A stretch of 64,000 nt of DNA from Elusimicrobiota bacterium (lineage in GTDB: Bacteria > Elusimicrobiota > Elusimicrobia > F11), in contig JBGAON010000001.1 of assembly GCA_044221725.1 (NCBI GenBank), positions 806,954-870,953 of the forward strand. Direction: 5' to 3'. How positions within the stretch are numbered: position 1 is the first letter of the stretch; the number at the start of each line of letters is the position of its first letter. A program made the position numbers and the translations under genes. Under the pieces are notes generated by a model that made no database searches, was not told the origin of the DNA, and was given only the letters and a program-made list of their open reading frames with translations. Of the stretch, positions 30,692 to 40,624 are shown one piece after another.

Positions 30692-31215
30692 TGTTTTGGG
30701 ATTTGAAAAAAGCTTGGCAGGTCGCCGCCGGCACGCTGAAGGGCATGATGATTACGCTCAAATATTATTTCAAGCCGTCGCTCACGTTCCAATTCCCGCG
30801 CGAGCGCAAACCGATTTCCGAACGTTTCCGCGGCGTGCTGTCGTTCCATCCGGAAATCTGTATTTCGTGCGAAATGTGCGTGCGCGTGTGCCCGTCGGAC
30901 GTTATCTCAATGGAATGGGTGCGCAACGAAGAAACCAAGAAAAAGGATCTAAAGTGGTACCAGATTGATTTTGCGAAATGCAACGTGTGCCGTCTGTGCG
31001 AAGAAGCCTGTCCCACCAAAGTGAAGTCCATCCATCATTCGAACGAATACGAAGTGGTGTTTGAAGACCGAAAAGATTTTATTGTGCGTTGGGGGCCGAC
31101 CACACAAGACACCGTTGAACAAGGACCAAAAGCGCAAGAGTGGTACCGCTACATGCCGGACGGCCGCAAAGAGAAAATCGAAAAATCCCAAACCACTGAG
31201 GTTTCCGCATCATGA
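30691..31215 (+). CDS. nuoI: NADH-quinone oxidoreductase subunit I
   Basis: Two CxxCxxCxxxCP 4Fe-4S motifs. Confidence 0.94.
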   Translation: MFWDLKKAWQVAAGTLKGMMITLKYYFKPSLTFQFPRERKPISERFRGVLSFHPEICISCEMCVRVCPSDVISMEWVRNEETKKKDLKWYQIDFAKCNVCRLCEEACPTKVKSIHHSNEYEVVFEDRKDFIVRWGPTTQDTVEQGPKAQEWYRYMPDGRKEKIEKSQTTEVSAS

Positions 31216-31706
31216 TTCAAACCGCAATCTTTGCCTTCTTGGCCGCTTTGGTTTTGATTCCGGCGCTGTTGGTCGTCACTGTTAAGAACGTTTTTCATTC
31301 GGCGCTTTGGTTGGTTCTGTCGCTCAGCGGCGTCGCCGGAATGTACGCGATGCTCGCCGCGGATTTCTTGTTCGCCGTGCAGTTGCTCGTCTATATCGGC
31401 GGCGTGATGATTCTTTTGCTGTTCGTGGTTCTTTTGTCCGGTAAACCGTCCGATTGGGCCGGCCGCCAGGTGAACGAAAAAGCGTGGGCGGCCGGACTTT
31501 TCTCGGTGTTTCTTGTCTCTGCGCTAGGAAGTGTGGTCATTGATTGGCCTCTCGTTATTGTTGATTCCAAACCGCTTTTGACCACTGGGCGCCTTGGAGA
31601 ATTGCTCGTCCACGGAATGGCGCTTCCGCTCGAAGTCATTTCGTTGGCGCTTGTCGCCGCGCTCGTTGGAGCGATTTATTTTTCAGTAAAAAGGAAATCC
31701 TCATGA
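31212..31706 (+). CDS. nuoJ: NADH-quinone oxidoreductase subunit J
   Basis: HSALWL, QLLVYIGGV; five TM helices. Confidence 0.93.
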   Translation: MIQTAIFAFLAALVLIPALLVVTVKNVFHSALWLVLSLSGVAGMYAMLAADFLFAVQLLVYIGGVMILLLFVVLLSGKPSDWAGRQVNEKAWAAGLFSVFLVSALGSVVIDWPLVIVDSKPLLTTGRLGELLVHGMALPLEVISLALVAALVGAIYFSVKRKSS

Positions 31707-32014
31707 TGCTGGGCCCCAAACATTTCTTGATCGTCGGTGCGATCATGTTCGCGATCGGCGTGTACGGTGTTCTCGCGCGTCGCAATATCGTTGGTGTGCT
31801 TATGTCGATTGAGATCCTTTTTAATGCGGCCGGAATAAATTTTGTTGCGTTTAATCGATACTTGCACCCGGACGGGCTTTGGGGCCAAGGATTCGTGCTT
31901 TTCATCATTGCGTTGGCCGCGGCGGAAGCTGTGGTGGGCCTGGCGCTCGTGCTCGCCATTTATCGTGGCGCACGCACTGTTTTGGTGGAGCGACTGAATC
32001 TTTTGCAGGGATGA
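31703..32014 (+). CDS. nuoK: NADH-quinone oxidoreductase subunit K
   Basis: RRN...MSIE and AAAEAVVGLA. Confidence 0.95.
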   Translation: MMLGPKHFLIVGAIMFAIGVYGVLARRNIVGVLMSIEILFNAAGINFVAFNRYLHPDGLWGQGFVLFIIALAAAEAVVGLALVLAIYRGARTVLVERLNLLQG

Positions 32015-32808
32015 GTTTTAAATCGTTTTTAAATTGGATTCAAAACGATGGGTCCGACAACAAAGGGTCGAAGCAAAACGAATCAATTGATTGGACGGAG
32101 AAGAGACGCGATAACCGACTGGACCTTGCAACAGACAAACCGTTAAGGGTCCATTTGATGAGCGAAGAGGCCGAAGGGAAATTGGCCAGCACGTTGGTCG
32201 CGACGGTTCGGAACGTGAGTGTTCGCGGTTGTGGTTTGGTTTTTGAATCGGCCGCGGATTGTCAGCGTTTGAAAGCAAAACAAGTTTTGTTGGCATCGTT
32301 GGCCGTGGATGATTTCCCGATTCCGTTGCAGGTGGAAGTTGTTCGTTTGATAAATGACAAGGAAGCAGCAATCCGTTTTCGTCCGCCGTTTCCGCGGGAG
32401 CTTGAGAAGCTAGAAAAATTTTTGGAACCCCGCTGTTTGGGGCGGTCGCTTCGAGAGATTGATCCGGCCAAGTTGCAGAAAGATCAGCAGAAAGGGTTCC
32501 GCTGGTTTCAGGGCGTGAATGAAACGCATTTGTTTTCGTGGATGTCTCCGGAGACAAAACAGATTTCGCAGCAGCAATTGGTGTTTCTGGACCACGTGGT
32601 CGAATGGAAGGAAGGCGACGTGGTCCGAAGCGGCATGATTCGCCCTGACGAGCGACGCGCTCGCGGCGAGGTGGGATGGGTGAAATCGGATCTGCTCGAT
32701 TTTGATGCGGTGGCCGACGCGGCGGTGGTGGCGCAAGCGCGCACCATCGTTGAATCGTGTGCGATTGATGGCGACATCAAAAATACGTTTTTGAAGAAAA
32801 TTTCTTAG
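32011..32808 (+). CDS. PilZ-domain protein with an unknown C-terminal domain
   Basis: RRDNR (RxxxR) and NVSVRG (D/NxSxxG). ATGA overlap with nuoK. Confidence 0.75.
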   Translation: MSFKSFLNWIQNDGSDNKGSKQNESIDWTEKRRDNRLDLATDKPLRVHLMSEEAEGKLASTLVATVRNVSVRGCGLVFESAADCQRLKAKQVLLASLAVDDFPIPLQVEVVRLINDKEAAIRFRPPFPRELEKLEKFLEPRCLGRSLREIDPAKLQKDQQKGFRWFQGVNETHLFSWMSPETKQISQQQLVFLDHVVEWKEGDVVRSGMIRPDERRARGEVGWVKSDLLDFDAVADAAVVAQARTIVESCAIDGDIKNTFLKKIS

Positions 32809-32821
32809 CAAAGGAAAACAA

Positions 32822-34813
32822 ATGTCTGGTGAAGCACTGCTTAGTCACAGTTACTTGATTGCGCTCGCGCCGCTGGCGGCGTTCGCTATTATTCTTACGT
32901 TCCGAAATGTGCTGGGTTTGCAAGGCGCCTGGGTTGGCGCGCTGGCGATGTTTTACGGATTCGTGCATTCCGCTCTCATTGCGGGTGGGATTTTTACTGG
33001 CTCAATTCATTTGCCGAGCGAAGGTTTGCAGGGACACTTCTTTGAATCGGCGATGACCTGGTTCTCGGTGGGCAATTTTGATTTCCGGTTGGGCGTTTTA
33101 ATCGACGGGCTTTCCTCGATGATGCTCGTCGTCGTGACACTCGTCTCCTTCCTCGTACAGATGTATTCCATCTCGTACATGCACGATCATAAGCGGTTTG
33201 GTCGCTACTTCGCCTACGTTAATCTTTTTACGTTTTCGATGTTGGTGCTCGTTTTAGCGAACGACATGTTGCAGTTCTTCATCGGATGGGAACTCGTTGG
33301 CCTTTGTTCTTACCTATTAATCGGATTCGACTTCGAGCGCGAAGCCGCCGCGTACGCCGGCCGCAAAGCGTTTCTTACCACAAAGTTTGGTGACCTTGGC
33401 TTTTATGTCGCGCTCTACGCGATCTTTAATTATCTCGGCACTTTCAATATTCCGCTGTTGCATCAGAATTACGAAAACATTGCCGCGATGCAGTATCCGG
33501 CATGGGTTGTGGCCATGATTCCGGTGTTCTTGTTTTTCGGCGCAATGGGCAAATCCGCACAGGTTCCTTTGCACGTTTGGCTGCCGGATGCAATGGAAGG
33601 CCCGACGCCCGCATCCGCATTGATCCACGCGGCAACGATGGTTGCCGCCGGTGTTTATTTGGTCGCACGTGTATTCTTTTTGTTTGAAGCGTCTCACTTG
33701 GCGATGGACGTTGTGGCGTGGGTGGGGGTTTCGACCGCGGTGATTGCGGCGAGCATGGGCGTTGTCTCAAACGACATCAAACGCGTGCTCGCGTTTTCCA
33801 CGGTGAGTCAGCTGGGTTTTATGATGACGGCGCTTGGTTGCGGCGGATACGAAGCCGGTATGTTTCATTTGACCACGCACGCGGCTTTCAAAGCTTTGCT
33901 TTTCTTGTGCGCCGGTAGCGTGATTCACGCGGTGCACACGAACGACATGTGGAAGATGGGTGGCCTTAAAACCGCGATGCCAATTACGTTCGCAACGTAT
34001 CTGTTTGGCACACTCGCGATTGCCGGATGTCCGCCGTTCGCCGGTTTTTACTCAAAGGAAGAAGTTCTCTCGGCGGCCTACCAGCACAATCCGATCATCT
34101 TCGCGTTACTGGCTTTTGCAGCGCTCCTCACCTCCTTTTATATGTTTCGCTCTCTGTTCCTTACGTTTTTCGGAGTTCCGCGGGATAAACATGCGTTTCA
34201 ACACGCGCACGAGTCGCCGTTGTTGATGACGGTGCCATTGATGGTGCTTGGCGTGTTGGCCGTGGTTCTCGGTTTCGTGCTCAATTACGATAATAATCTC
34301 GCGCACTTTATTTCGTGGGGTGCGCACGCCGAAGAAGCGCATCACGGCGGTCACGTGGTCATGTACGCATCGTTGTCGGCGTTTGCGCTCGGCCTTGTCG
34401 GTGCTTATTTCGTTTATATGTCGCAGCCACCCAAATACGAAATGCTCGGGCAACGTTTTGCGATTCCACACCGAATTCTCACGCGCCGTTACATGTTTGA
34501 CGAGCTTTATCTGTGGTTCATCGCGAAAGTTTATTACCCGGTCACAAATTGGTTTGCGAAGACCGATTACGATTTCGTGGACCAATTTATTGTGGACGGC
34601 GTTGGCCGTGTCGGGAAGAGTTTTTCGTGGGTTAGCAGTTTGTTTGATGGCACCATCATTGACCGTCTGCTGGTCGATGGACAGTCCGACATCGCCAATT
34701 TGTTCGGCAAACTATTTCGTCGGGCGCAGTCCGGACTCGCGCAGAGTTATCTTTTTTGGATGATCTTTGGCCTTGGGGCAATGGTGGCCTGGATCGCTCA
34801 TAATTTCAAATAG
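32822..34813 (+). CDS. nuoL: NADH-quinone oxidoreductase subunit L
   Basis: GWELVG, KSAQVPLHVWLPDAMEGPTP, HAAFKALLF. Confidence 0.96.
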   Translation: MSGEALLSHSYLIALAPLAAFAIILTFRNVLGLQGAWVGALAMFYGFVHSALIAGGIFTGSIHLPSEGLQGHFFESAMTWFSVGNFDFRLGVLIDGLSSMMLVVVTLVSFLVQMYSISYMHDHKRFGRYFAYVNLFTFSMLVLVLANDMLQFFIGWELVGLCSYLLIGFDFEREAAAYAGRKAFLTTKFGDLGFYVALYAIFNYLGTFNIPLLHQNYENIAAMQYPAWVVAMIPVFLFFGAMGKSAQVPLHVWLPDAMEGPTPASALIHAATMVAAGVYLVARVFFLFEASHLAMDVVAWVGVSTAVIAASMGVVSNDIKRVLAFSTVSQLGFMMTALGCGGYEAGMFHLTTHAAFKALLFLCAGSVIHAVHTNDMWKMGGLKTAMPITFATYLFGTLAIAGCPPFAGFYSKEEVLSAAYQHNPIIFALLAFAALLTSFYMFRSLFLTFFGVPRDKHAFQHAHESPLLMTVPLMVLGVLAVVLGFVLNYDNNLAHFISWGAHAEEAHHGGHVVMYASLSAFALGLVGAYFVYMSQPPKYEMLGQRFAIPHRILTRRYMFDELYLWFIAKVYYPVTNWFAKTDYDFVDQFIVDGVGRVGKSFSWVSSLFDGTIIDRLLVDGQSDIANLFGKLFRRAQSGLAQSYLFWMIFGLGAMVAWIAHNFK

Positions 34814-34829
34814 ACAAAAGGAGCAAGTT

Positions 34830-36368
34830 GTGAATCTACCCGTATTATCGTTGTTAACGTTTCTGCCGCTGATTGGCGGCGTCATCATTATGTTTTCGAA
34901 CAAGGAAAACAGTTCGTTCCATCGAACCGTGGCAACGGTGTTTGCGGGTGTGACCTTCCTTCTTTCGCTGACGCTGTGGCCAAAGTTTGATACCGCGACC
35001 GCGGCAATGCAATTTGTCGAAAAAATTCCATGGATCCCAACGTTCAATATCGACTACCACATGGGTGTTGATGGCCTTTCTTTTCCGCTGGTTCTGCTCA
35101 CCACTTTCCTCAGCCTTATTTCGATCATCGCTTCTTACAGTGTCGACAAGCGCACGAAAGAATATTTCTTTTGGTTCATGTTGCTCGAAACCGGAATGCT
35201 GGGCCTCTTTGTCGCGCTCGACTTCTTTTTGTTCTACGTGTTTTGGGAAATCACCCTTGTCCCGATGTATTTCTTGATCGGCGTGTGGGGCGGTCCCAAG
35301 CGGGAATACGCGGCGATCAAATTCTTTTTGTTCACGCTGTTCGGTTCGGTGTTCATGTTGCTGAGCATGATCGCGCTTTATTTTGCGAGCGGCAGCGGAC
35401 TTCCGGGCAACGAACGTACGCTTGACCTTGTGAAGTTGGCCGAGCTGGCACACAACGGCCAGCTTCAACTCGTCGGTACCGGCGCCATGCTGATCTTCTT
35501 GGGCCTTTATCTTGCGTTTGCCATCAAAGTGCCCGCGTTTCCGTTTCACACATGGTTGCCACTCGCACACGTTGAAGCGCCGACCGCGGTCAGCGTGATT
35601 CTCGCGGGCGTGCTGCTTAAGATGGGAACCTATGGCATTCTCCGCGTTTGCTACCCAATCTTGCCCGAGCAAACGAAACTCTTTTTGCCGGTGTTGATTG
35701 TGATTGCGACGATCAATATCGTTTATGGTGCTTTTTGTGCGATGGCTCAGAAAGATATGAAACGCATGGTTGCTTATTCGTCCGTTAATCACATGGGGTA
35801 TTGCTTGCTTGGAATGGCGGCCATCATGGGAAATCCGAATGCGGCGCACGCCGGTCTCTCGGGCGCGGTGCTTCAAATGGTCAACCACGGTATCATTACC
35901 GGATCGCTGTTCTTGCTCGTGGGCGTGATTTACGACCGCGCGCACACGCGTGATATTGATGCGTTCGGTGGTCTCGCTTCGCGTACTCCGATTTTTGCGG
36001 GCATCATGATTATGCAAGCGATGGCCTCGCTCGGACTTCCGGGTCTCGCGGGATTTATTTCGGAATTCCTCGCGTTCCTTGGTGGTTTCGGCGGCAGCTT
36101 CGGCGGTTTCAATTTCAAAATCTGGACCGGAATTTCGGTCATCGGTATTTTGGTTACGGCCGCCTTTTTCTTGCGCATGGTCAAACTGGTTCTCATGGGC
36201 GAGTTTAATCCAAAATGGGAAGGTCACATGCCGGACGTCACGGCACGCGAACTCGTAACGCTCGTGCCGCTCATGGCGCTGACGCTCGCGCTCGGTGTGT
36301 ACCCGGCGTTCATGCTGCGTCTTATGGACACGTCGATCACGCAACTGATCAAAATGGTGGCGGGATAA
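34830..36368 (+). CDS. nuoM: NADH-quinone oxidoreductase subunit M
   Basis: FWE...PMY, IKVP.FPFHTWLP.AH.EAP, AYSSVNHMG. GTG start follows AAGGAG. Confidence 0.96.
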   Translation: MNLPVLSLLTFLPLIGGVIIMFSNKENSSFHRTVATVFAGVTFLLSLTLWPKFDTATAAMQFVEKIPWIPTFNIDYHMGVDGLSFPLVLLTTFLSLISIIASYSVDKRTKEYFFWFMLLETGMLGLFVALDFFLFYVFWEITLVPMYFLIGVWGGPKREYAAIKFFLFTLFGSVFMLLSMIALYFASGSGLPGNERTLDLVKLAELAHNGQLQLVGTGAMLIFLGLYLAFAIKVPAFPFHTWLPLAHVEAPTAVSVILAGVLLKMGTYGILRVCYPILPEQTKLFLPVLIVIATINIVYGAFCAMAQKDMKRMVAYSSVNHMGYCLLGMAAIMGNPNAAHAGLSGAVLQMVNHGIITGSLFLLVGVIYDRAHTRDIDAFGGLASRTPIFAGIMIMQAMASLGLPGLAGFISEFLAFLGGFGGSFGGFNFKIWTGISVIGILVTAAFFLRMVKLVLMGEFNPKWEGHMPDVTARELVTLVPLMALTLALGVYPAFMLRLMDTSITQLIKMVAG

Positions 36369-36369
36369 A

Positions 36370-37842
36370 ATGAAGCAACTCGTTTTCATTGCGCCGGAGA
36401 TTTTTCTTTCGGCGCTCGCGCTAGCGATTCTCGTTGGTGAAGCGTTTGCTCCGCAGCGGCGCAAATTCTGGGTTTCGATGGGTTTGTTGGGCTTGTCGTT
36501 GGCCGGCCTCTACCAAATGTATTTCTTTTCAACGGCCAGCATTCCTGGGGCGGCGAGCATTGGAGTGAGTCCGATCGTGAAGGGAGGGTGGATTCAGTAT
36601 CCGACAGTGTTCGGCATGATTGCCATTGATTCTCTCGCGATGTTTTTCAAGCTTGTCATCATTGCGACGGTAATCATGGTGCTGTGGTTGTCCGCTGATT
36701 ATCGTGAATTTACCGATAGCCCGATGGGCACCTACGTCTCCCTTTTGTTGCTGGCAACGGTTGGCATGATGTTCTGGGTGGGTTCAACCGATTTTCTCAT
36801 TGCGGTTATTTCGCTTGAGGTGCTCAGCATTAGTTCGTTTGTGCTCACGGGGTTCACTCTCAACCGCGCTTCTTCAACCGAAGGCGCCATTAAGTTTTTG
36901 CTGGTCGGAACATTTTCCACAGCGATCCTTTTGTTCGGTATCTCCTATTATTATGGTTACTTTGGTTCGACCAGTATTGATGCGTTGCTCAAGATGGGCG
37001 TGACCGGTCAGTCCTCGGATGTTGTTCTTAGCGTGGTTCTCATGTTCATTCTTGCCGGTCTCGGATTTAAATTGGCCATGGTTCCTTTCCATATGTGGGC
37101 GCCCGATGCTTATGAAGGGGCGCCGACACCGGTCACCGCATTTTTGTCGGTGGGTCCGAAAGCGGCCGCTGTTGGATTTTTGTTGCGTCTGTTGGCGAAT
37201 CACGGAGGTCTCGGCATCACGCCCGTTTTGGCCGTTCTTGCTGCGCTCACAATGACGGTTGGAAATCTGGGCGCGCTCACGCAAAAGAACGTGAAACGGA
37301 TGCTCGCGTACTCGTCCATTGCGCAGGTTGGATACATTCTCGTTGCCATTGTCGCCGGCGGAAGCCTGGGAAGCCAGGCGGCTATGGTGTACACCTTCAT
37401 TTATCTTTTCATGAACATGGGCCTGTTCGCGGGCCTTTTGATTCTGTCGAACCAGAACCATGTCGACGAATTGCCCACGTTTGCCGGCGTATCGGCCAAG
37501 TCGATGGGGTTTGCGTTGGCGATTGTGGTGTTCATGTTATCTCTCACGGGTATTCCACCGATGGGGGGATTTATTGGAAAATTTGCGATCTTCGCAGCGG
37601 TCATTCCGCATTCGAACTTGTTGTGGTTGGCGATCGTGGCGGTGATCAACAGCGTGGTATCGCTGTATTATTATTTTGGAATCGTTTATCAGATGTTCTT
37701 TAAGGAATCGAAAGAAACAGCGTCGATTAAATTTTCACCGGCGCTCACGAGTTGTTTGGTGGTGGCATTGGCCGTCACTCTGATTGCCGGCATCATGCCG
37801 AACCAAATCTTGGGTTGGGTAAGGAATATTTTAGGATCATAA
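36370..37842 (+). CDS. nuoN: NADH-quinone oxidoreductase subunit N
   Basis: EGAIKF, FKLAMVPFHMWAPDAYEGAPTP, KRMLAYSSI. Confidence 0.96.
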   Translation: MKQLVFIAPEIFLSALALAILVGEAFAPQRRKFWVSMGLLGLSLAGLYQMYFFSTASIPGAASIGVSPIVKGGWIQYPTVFGMIAIDSLAMFFKLVIIATVIMVLWLSADYREFTDSPMGTYVSLLLLATVGMMFWVGSTDFLIAVISLEVLSISSFVLTGFTLNRASSTEGAIKFLLVGTFSTAILLFGISYYYGYFGSTSIDALLKMGVTGQSSDVVLSVVLMFILAGLGFKLAMVPFHMWAPDAYEGAPTPVTAFLSVGPKAAAVGFLLRLLANHGGLGITPVLAVLAALTMTVGNLGALTQKNVKRMLAYSSIAQVGYILVAIVAGGSLGSQAAMVYTFIYLFMNMGLFAGLLILSNQNHVDELPTFAGVSAKSMGFALAIVVFMLSLTGIPPMGGFIGKFAIFAAVIPHSNLLWLAIVAVINSVVSLYYYFGIVYQMFFKESKETASIKFSPALTSCLVVALAVTLIAGIMPNQILGWVRNILGS

Positions 37843-38819
37843 TGAATGTTTTGATTGCAAAAGAGTTGAAAGACACTCTCAAGCCGGAACTCAATCGACT
37901 CAACGAAAGGTTGGAGTCGTTGGCGTCGTCTTCGGACGGGTTTCTCGGGAGTCTAAAGTCGTATGTGTTGCTCGGCTCCGGAAAACGGGTGCGGCCCGCG
38001 CTGGTGATGCTAAGCGCGATGTTGGGATCCGCGGACGCCGAAAGCGTGCAAACGGTTTCCATGGCGGTTGAGCTCATTCATATCGCCACGCTCGTGCATG
38101 ATGACGTGATTGATAAAGCGGTGCTCCGCCGCAACCGCAAAACGGTTGCGAGCGAACACGGCGTGGATGCGGCGGTTCTTCTCGGGGACCATGTTTTTAC
38201 CTACGCTTTCGAAAAGGTTGCCGATCTCAATCATCCTCAGATTTTGAAACTCTTGGCACGTTCGACGTCGATCATGTGCGCCGGCGAAATTGATCAACTG
38301 AAGAAACGTTTTCAATTTGATTTGACCGAAGCCGAGTATTTCTCGTTTCTCGAGAAGAAAACCGCTTCGCTGTTCGGTTCGTCTGCGCGCTCGGGTGCCA
38401 TTTTGGCGGGTCAAAGTGAGAAGATTCAGTTGGCGTTGGAACGGTTTGGTCTCAATTTGGGTCTGGCGTTTCAGATTACGGACGATTTGCTTGATCTGAC
38501 CGGCGAAGAATCCGTGGTTGGCAAGACCCTGCGAACCGATCTCATGAACGGAAAAATGACGCTTCCTCTTATTTATTACCGTGACCATTTGACGTCCGCA
38601 AACGAATCGAAAGAATTTTTCGACAACTTGCAGCATCCCAACGGCCACTTGGCCGGTGTCGTCGATCAAATGAAGAGTTCGGGTGCGATTCAATACGCGG
38701 AAAATATCGCAACGCGCCATCTCGAATCGGCGCTGAACGAACTTGAAAACTTACCGGCCGGAACACCACGCGAACTTCTGACGTCGCTCGCGGAGATGCT
38801 GCAGACGCGAAAGGCTTAG
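37842..38819 (+). CDS. Trans-polyprenyl diphosphate synthase
   Basis: GKRVRP, LVHDDVID..RR, KKTA, FQITDDLLD. Confidence 0.93.
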   Translation: MNVLIAKELKDTLKPELNRLNERLESLASSSDGFLGSLKSYVLLGSGKRVRPALVMLSAMLGSADAESVQTVSMAVELIHIATLVHDDVIDKAVLRRNRKTVASEHGVDAAVLLGDHVFTYAFEKVADLNHPQILKLLARSTSIMCAGEIDQLKKRFQFDLTEAEYFSFLEKKTASLFGSSARSGAILAGQSEKIQLALERFGLNLGLAFQITDDLLDLTGEESVVGKTLRTDLMNGKMTLPLIYYRDHLTSANESKEFFDNLQHPNGHLAGVVDQMKSSGAIQYAENIATRHLESALNELENLPAGTPRELLTSLAEMLQTRKA

Positions 38820-38822
38820 TTT

Positions 38823-39533
38823 CTGTCAGTCGAAGACGTCGACAGACCTCAACCCCTCACCGAACACCTCACCGAGCTTCGTCGTCGGATTATCTCGTGC
38901 CTTCTTTGGGCGCTTCTTTTCTCGACGATTAGCTACTTTTTCGTCGGTCCTATCCTCGATTGGTTGTCGCGTCCCATTGGCCAGTTTGTGTTCACTGGGC
39001 CCACCGAAGCGTTCTTCATCCATATCAAAGTCGCAATGACCGTGGGCGGTATTCTTGCTCTTCCTGTTTGGATTTATCATCTGTGGCGTTACATCGGGCG
39101 CGCGCTTGGCGTTAAAGAACGGACTCTGGTCGTCGGTATTTTGCCCTGGGGAATTGCTCTGTTCTTTTTGGGAATGGCGATTGCGATTTTCGTGGTTGTG
39201 CCAGCCGCCATGCGGTTTCTATTGAGTTACAGTTCTCCGACGCTCAAGCCGATGATCTCGCTCAGCGAATATCTTTCGTTTTTATTTTGGATGATTCTTG
39301 GCTTTGGCCTCTTCTTTCAGATGCCGCTCGTGATTGTGACGTTGGCGCGTTTCGGACTTGTGGACCCTGCGACGTTCGTGAAATACCGTCGGCATATGAT
39401 CGTTGCAATTTTTGTTGCGGCCGCTGCCTTAACGCCGGGCCCCGATATCGTGAGCCAGTTGGTGCTCGCAATTCCTTCTTACCTGTTGTTTGAAATCTCT
39501 CTGCTCATAGCGAAGCGCGTTTACCGCCGTTGA
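38823..39533 (+). CDS. tatC: Twin-arginine translocase subunit TatC, probable CTG start
   Basis: In-frame PLTEHLTELRRR upstream of the tracked TTG at 38964; PTEAF, FQMP, TPGPD, LFEIS. Confidence 0.88.
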   Translation: MSVEDVDRPQPLTEHLTELRRRIISCLLWALLFSTISYFFVGPILDWLSRPIGQFVFTGPTEAFFIHIKVAMTVGGILALPVWIYHLWRYIGRALGVKERTLVVGILPWGIALFFLGMAIAIFVVVPAAMRFLLSYSSPTLKPMISLSEYLSFLFWMILGFGLFFQMPLVIVTLARFGLVDPATFVKYRRHMIVAIFVAAAALTPGPDIVSQLVLAIPSYLLFEISLLIAKRVYRR

Positions 39534-39646
39534 TACCACGCCACAGATTTTCATCGGCATTTCGCATATTTCTAGAACTCTGCAGCGTTCGAACCGTATT
39601 GGCTAAGCGCACGCCTTAAAGAACCGCAACAACAGGAGGTCCTCGC

Positions 39647-40624
39647 TTGGCGAGGTCGCATCGACGCCCTAACTATCGTGGCCTGGGATTTAAAGGCTCG
39701 TTAACCCTTGTTGCTGTTCTGTTCTCTTCCTCTGTTTGCTCGGCTGCCGGTACCGATGCTGCGTCGTTCCTGAATATTCCTACCGGCGCTGGACCCGCCG
39801 CTCTTGGCGGCGCTTACACGGCGCTTGCTACCGACGCCTACGCTCCGGTCTACAATGCGAGCGGGCTCGCATTCCTTCCGTCATTGCAATTGGCGGGATT
39901 GCACGTGAACTATTTGGAATCCATTAACTACGAGTTTTTGAGTTACGTCCATCCGTTGGGGTCCGAGCAGCGATCGTACGGAGGCATCGGCGCTTCGGTT
40001 CAGTATCTGACCACCGGAGAGATTGATGAGTTCGATCATTTTGGTGCGAAACGTGGAAGTTTCTCGGGTCGATCCGCCTCGTACAATCTGAGTTATGGTT
40101 TTCCAATCTCAAAAGCATGGGGAATCGGTGCCACAGGGAAAATTATTTCCGCATCGATTCAGGGTGTGTCTGCCAATGCAACGGCTGCCGACATCGGCAC
40201 AATTTATCAGCTGATGAAAACTTGGAATGTGGCTGCGGCGTACGCGAATTGGGGTTCCTCTCTTAGGTTCCTAGGAGATTCCGAACGATTGCCCGAAGCA
40301 TTCCATTTGGCAACGTCGTTTTCCGTCTCGCATCGTAGTTTGTTCACGATCGAAGAAGTTTTTCCAAAAAGCGATTCGGCAAGTTTCCGTGGTGGGTTGC
40401 AGTTTGAGCCAATTGAATTTCTGCGGTTGCGCGTTGGATATCGCACGGACACCGTGAAGCAAGCAAACGGAATGACGGGTTTCACCGCCGGAGCGGGGTT
40501 CGTTTTGTACGGGCAAGAATTGGCCTACGCGTGGATTCCGTACGGTGATCTGGGCGACACGCACTATTTTTCATTGCTGATCAATTTTGGTCAAACGGGA
40601 AACGTTGGAGTTCCCCGTGATTAA
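39647..40624 (+). CDS. PorV/PorQ-family (FadL-like) outer-membrane beta-barrel
   Basis: Signal peptide, FLNIP.GA..AALGGAY.A...DA....YN.SGLA hatch pattern, amphipathic strands and YAW.PYGDLG.THYFSL end. Confidence 0.75.
   Translation: MARSHRRPNYRGLGFKGSLTLVAVLFSSSVCSAAGTDAASFLNIPTGAGPAALGGAYTALATDAYAPVYNASGLAFLPSLQLAGLHVNYLESINYEFLSYVHPLGSEQRSYGGIGASVQYLTTGEIDEFDHFGAKRGSFSGRSASYNLSYGFPISKAWGIGATGKIISASIQGVSANATAADIGTIYQLMKTWNVAAAYANWGSSLRFLGDSERLPEAFHLATSFSVSHRSLFTIEEVFPKSDSASFRGGLQFEPIEFLRLRVGYRTDTVKQANGMTGFTAGAGFVLYGQELAYAWIPYGDLGDTHYFSLLINFGQTGNVGVPRD

Noticed and set aside
34854..36464. 536-aa minus-strand ORF
   Set aside because: Antisense to nuoM; its His/Glu/Arg-rich composition is typical of the reverse of a hydrophobic gene.
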